A stretch of DNA of 64,000 nt. It comes from Octopus sinensis (Eukaryota). Positions 63,905 through 64,000 of this stretch are shown here, piece by piece. The notes beneath the pieces were generated by a model, which saw only the letters and a list, made by a program, of their open reading frames with translations, did not search any database and was not told the DNA's origin. A program made the position numbers and the translations under genes. Where the stretch lies: contig NW_021835754.1 in the NCBI RefSeq assembly GCF_006345805.1, positions 1 through 64,000 of the forward strand, in the 5' to 3' direction. Each line of letters opens with the position of its first letter. Within the stretch, counting starts at the first letter, position 1.

Positions 63905-64000
63905 TTATAATAATAATAATAATAATAATAATTTATTTGCCCTAGGGCGAAGGATGAGAGGGACGATACAAAGACAGACACAAAGTGTTGGGGTTTACAT

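Overview
Eukaryotic, AT-rich, almost entirely repeat-derived DNA. I recognise no intact host gene, rRNA, tRNA or CRISPR array, and most long ORFs in the track are translated microsatellites. The SINE families and microsatellite load resemble an octopus (coleoid cephalopod) genome; this is from memory, not checked. Contents: three tRNA-headed SINE families (called A, B, C here); decayed R4/Dong-type RLE retrotransposons piled into (AAT)n arrays; a 560-bp non-autonomous element that also sits in (AAT)n; Tx1/L1-like and RTE LINE remnants; DD37D and DD34D Tc1/mariner relics; Helitron pieces; and Penelope-like (PLE) remnants. The standout is 29689-30931: three tandem ~350-bp units, each carrying a type I hammerhead ribozyme on the minus strand (canonical in copies 2 and 3, one A short in copy 1). 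The unit is rich in hairpins and the array ends in an inverted partial copy. This is the architecture of a non-LTR retrozyme, a putative self-cleaving, circular-RNA-forming retroelement. Six further hammerhead-like motifs and several fold-back inverted repeats are scattered through the window.
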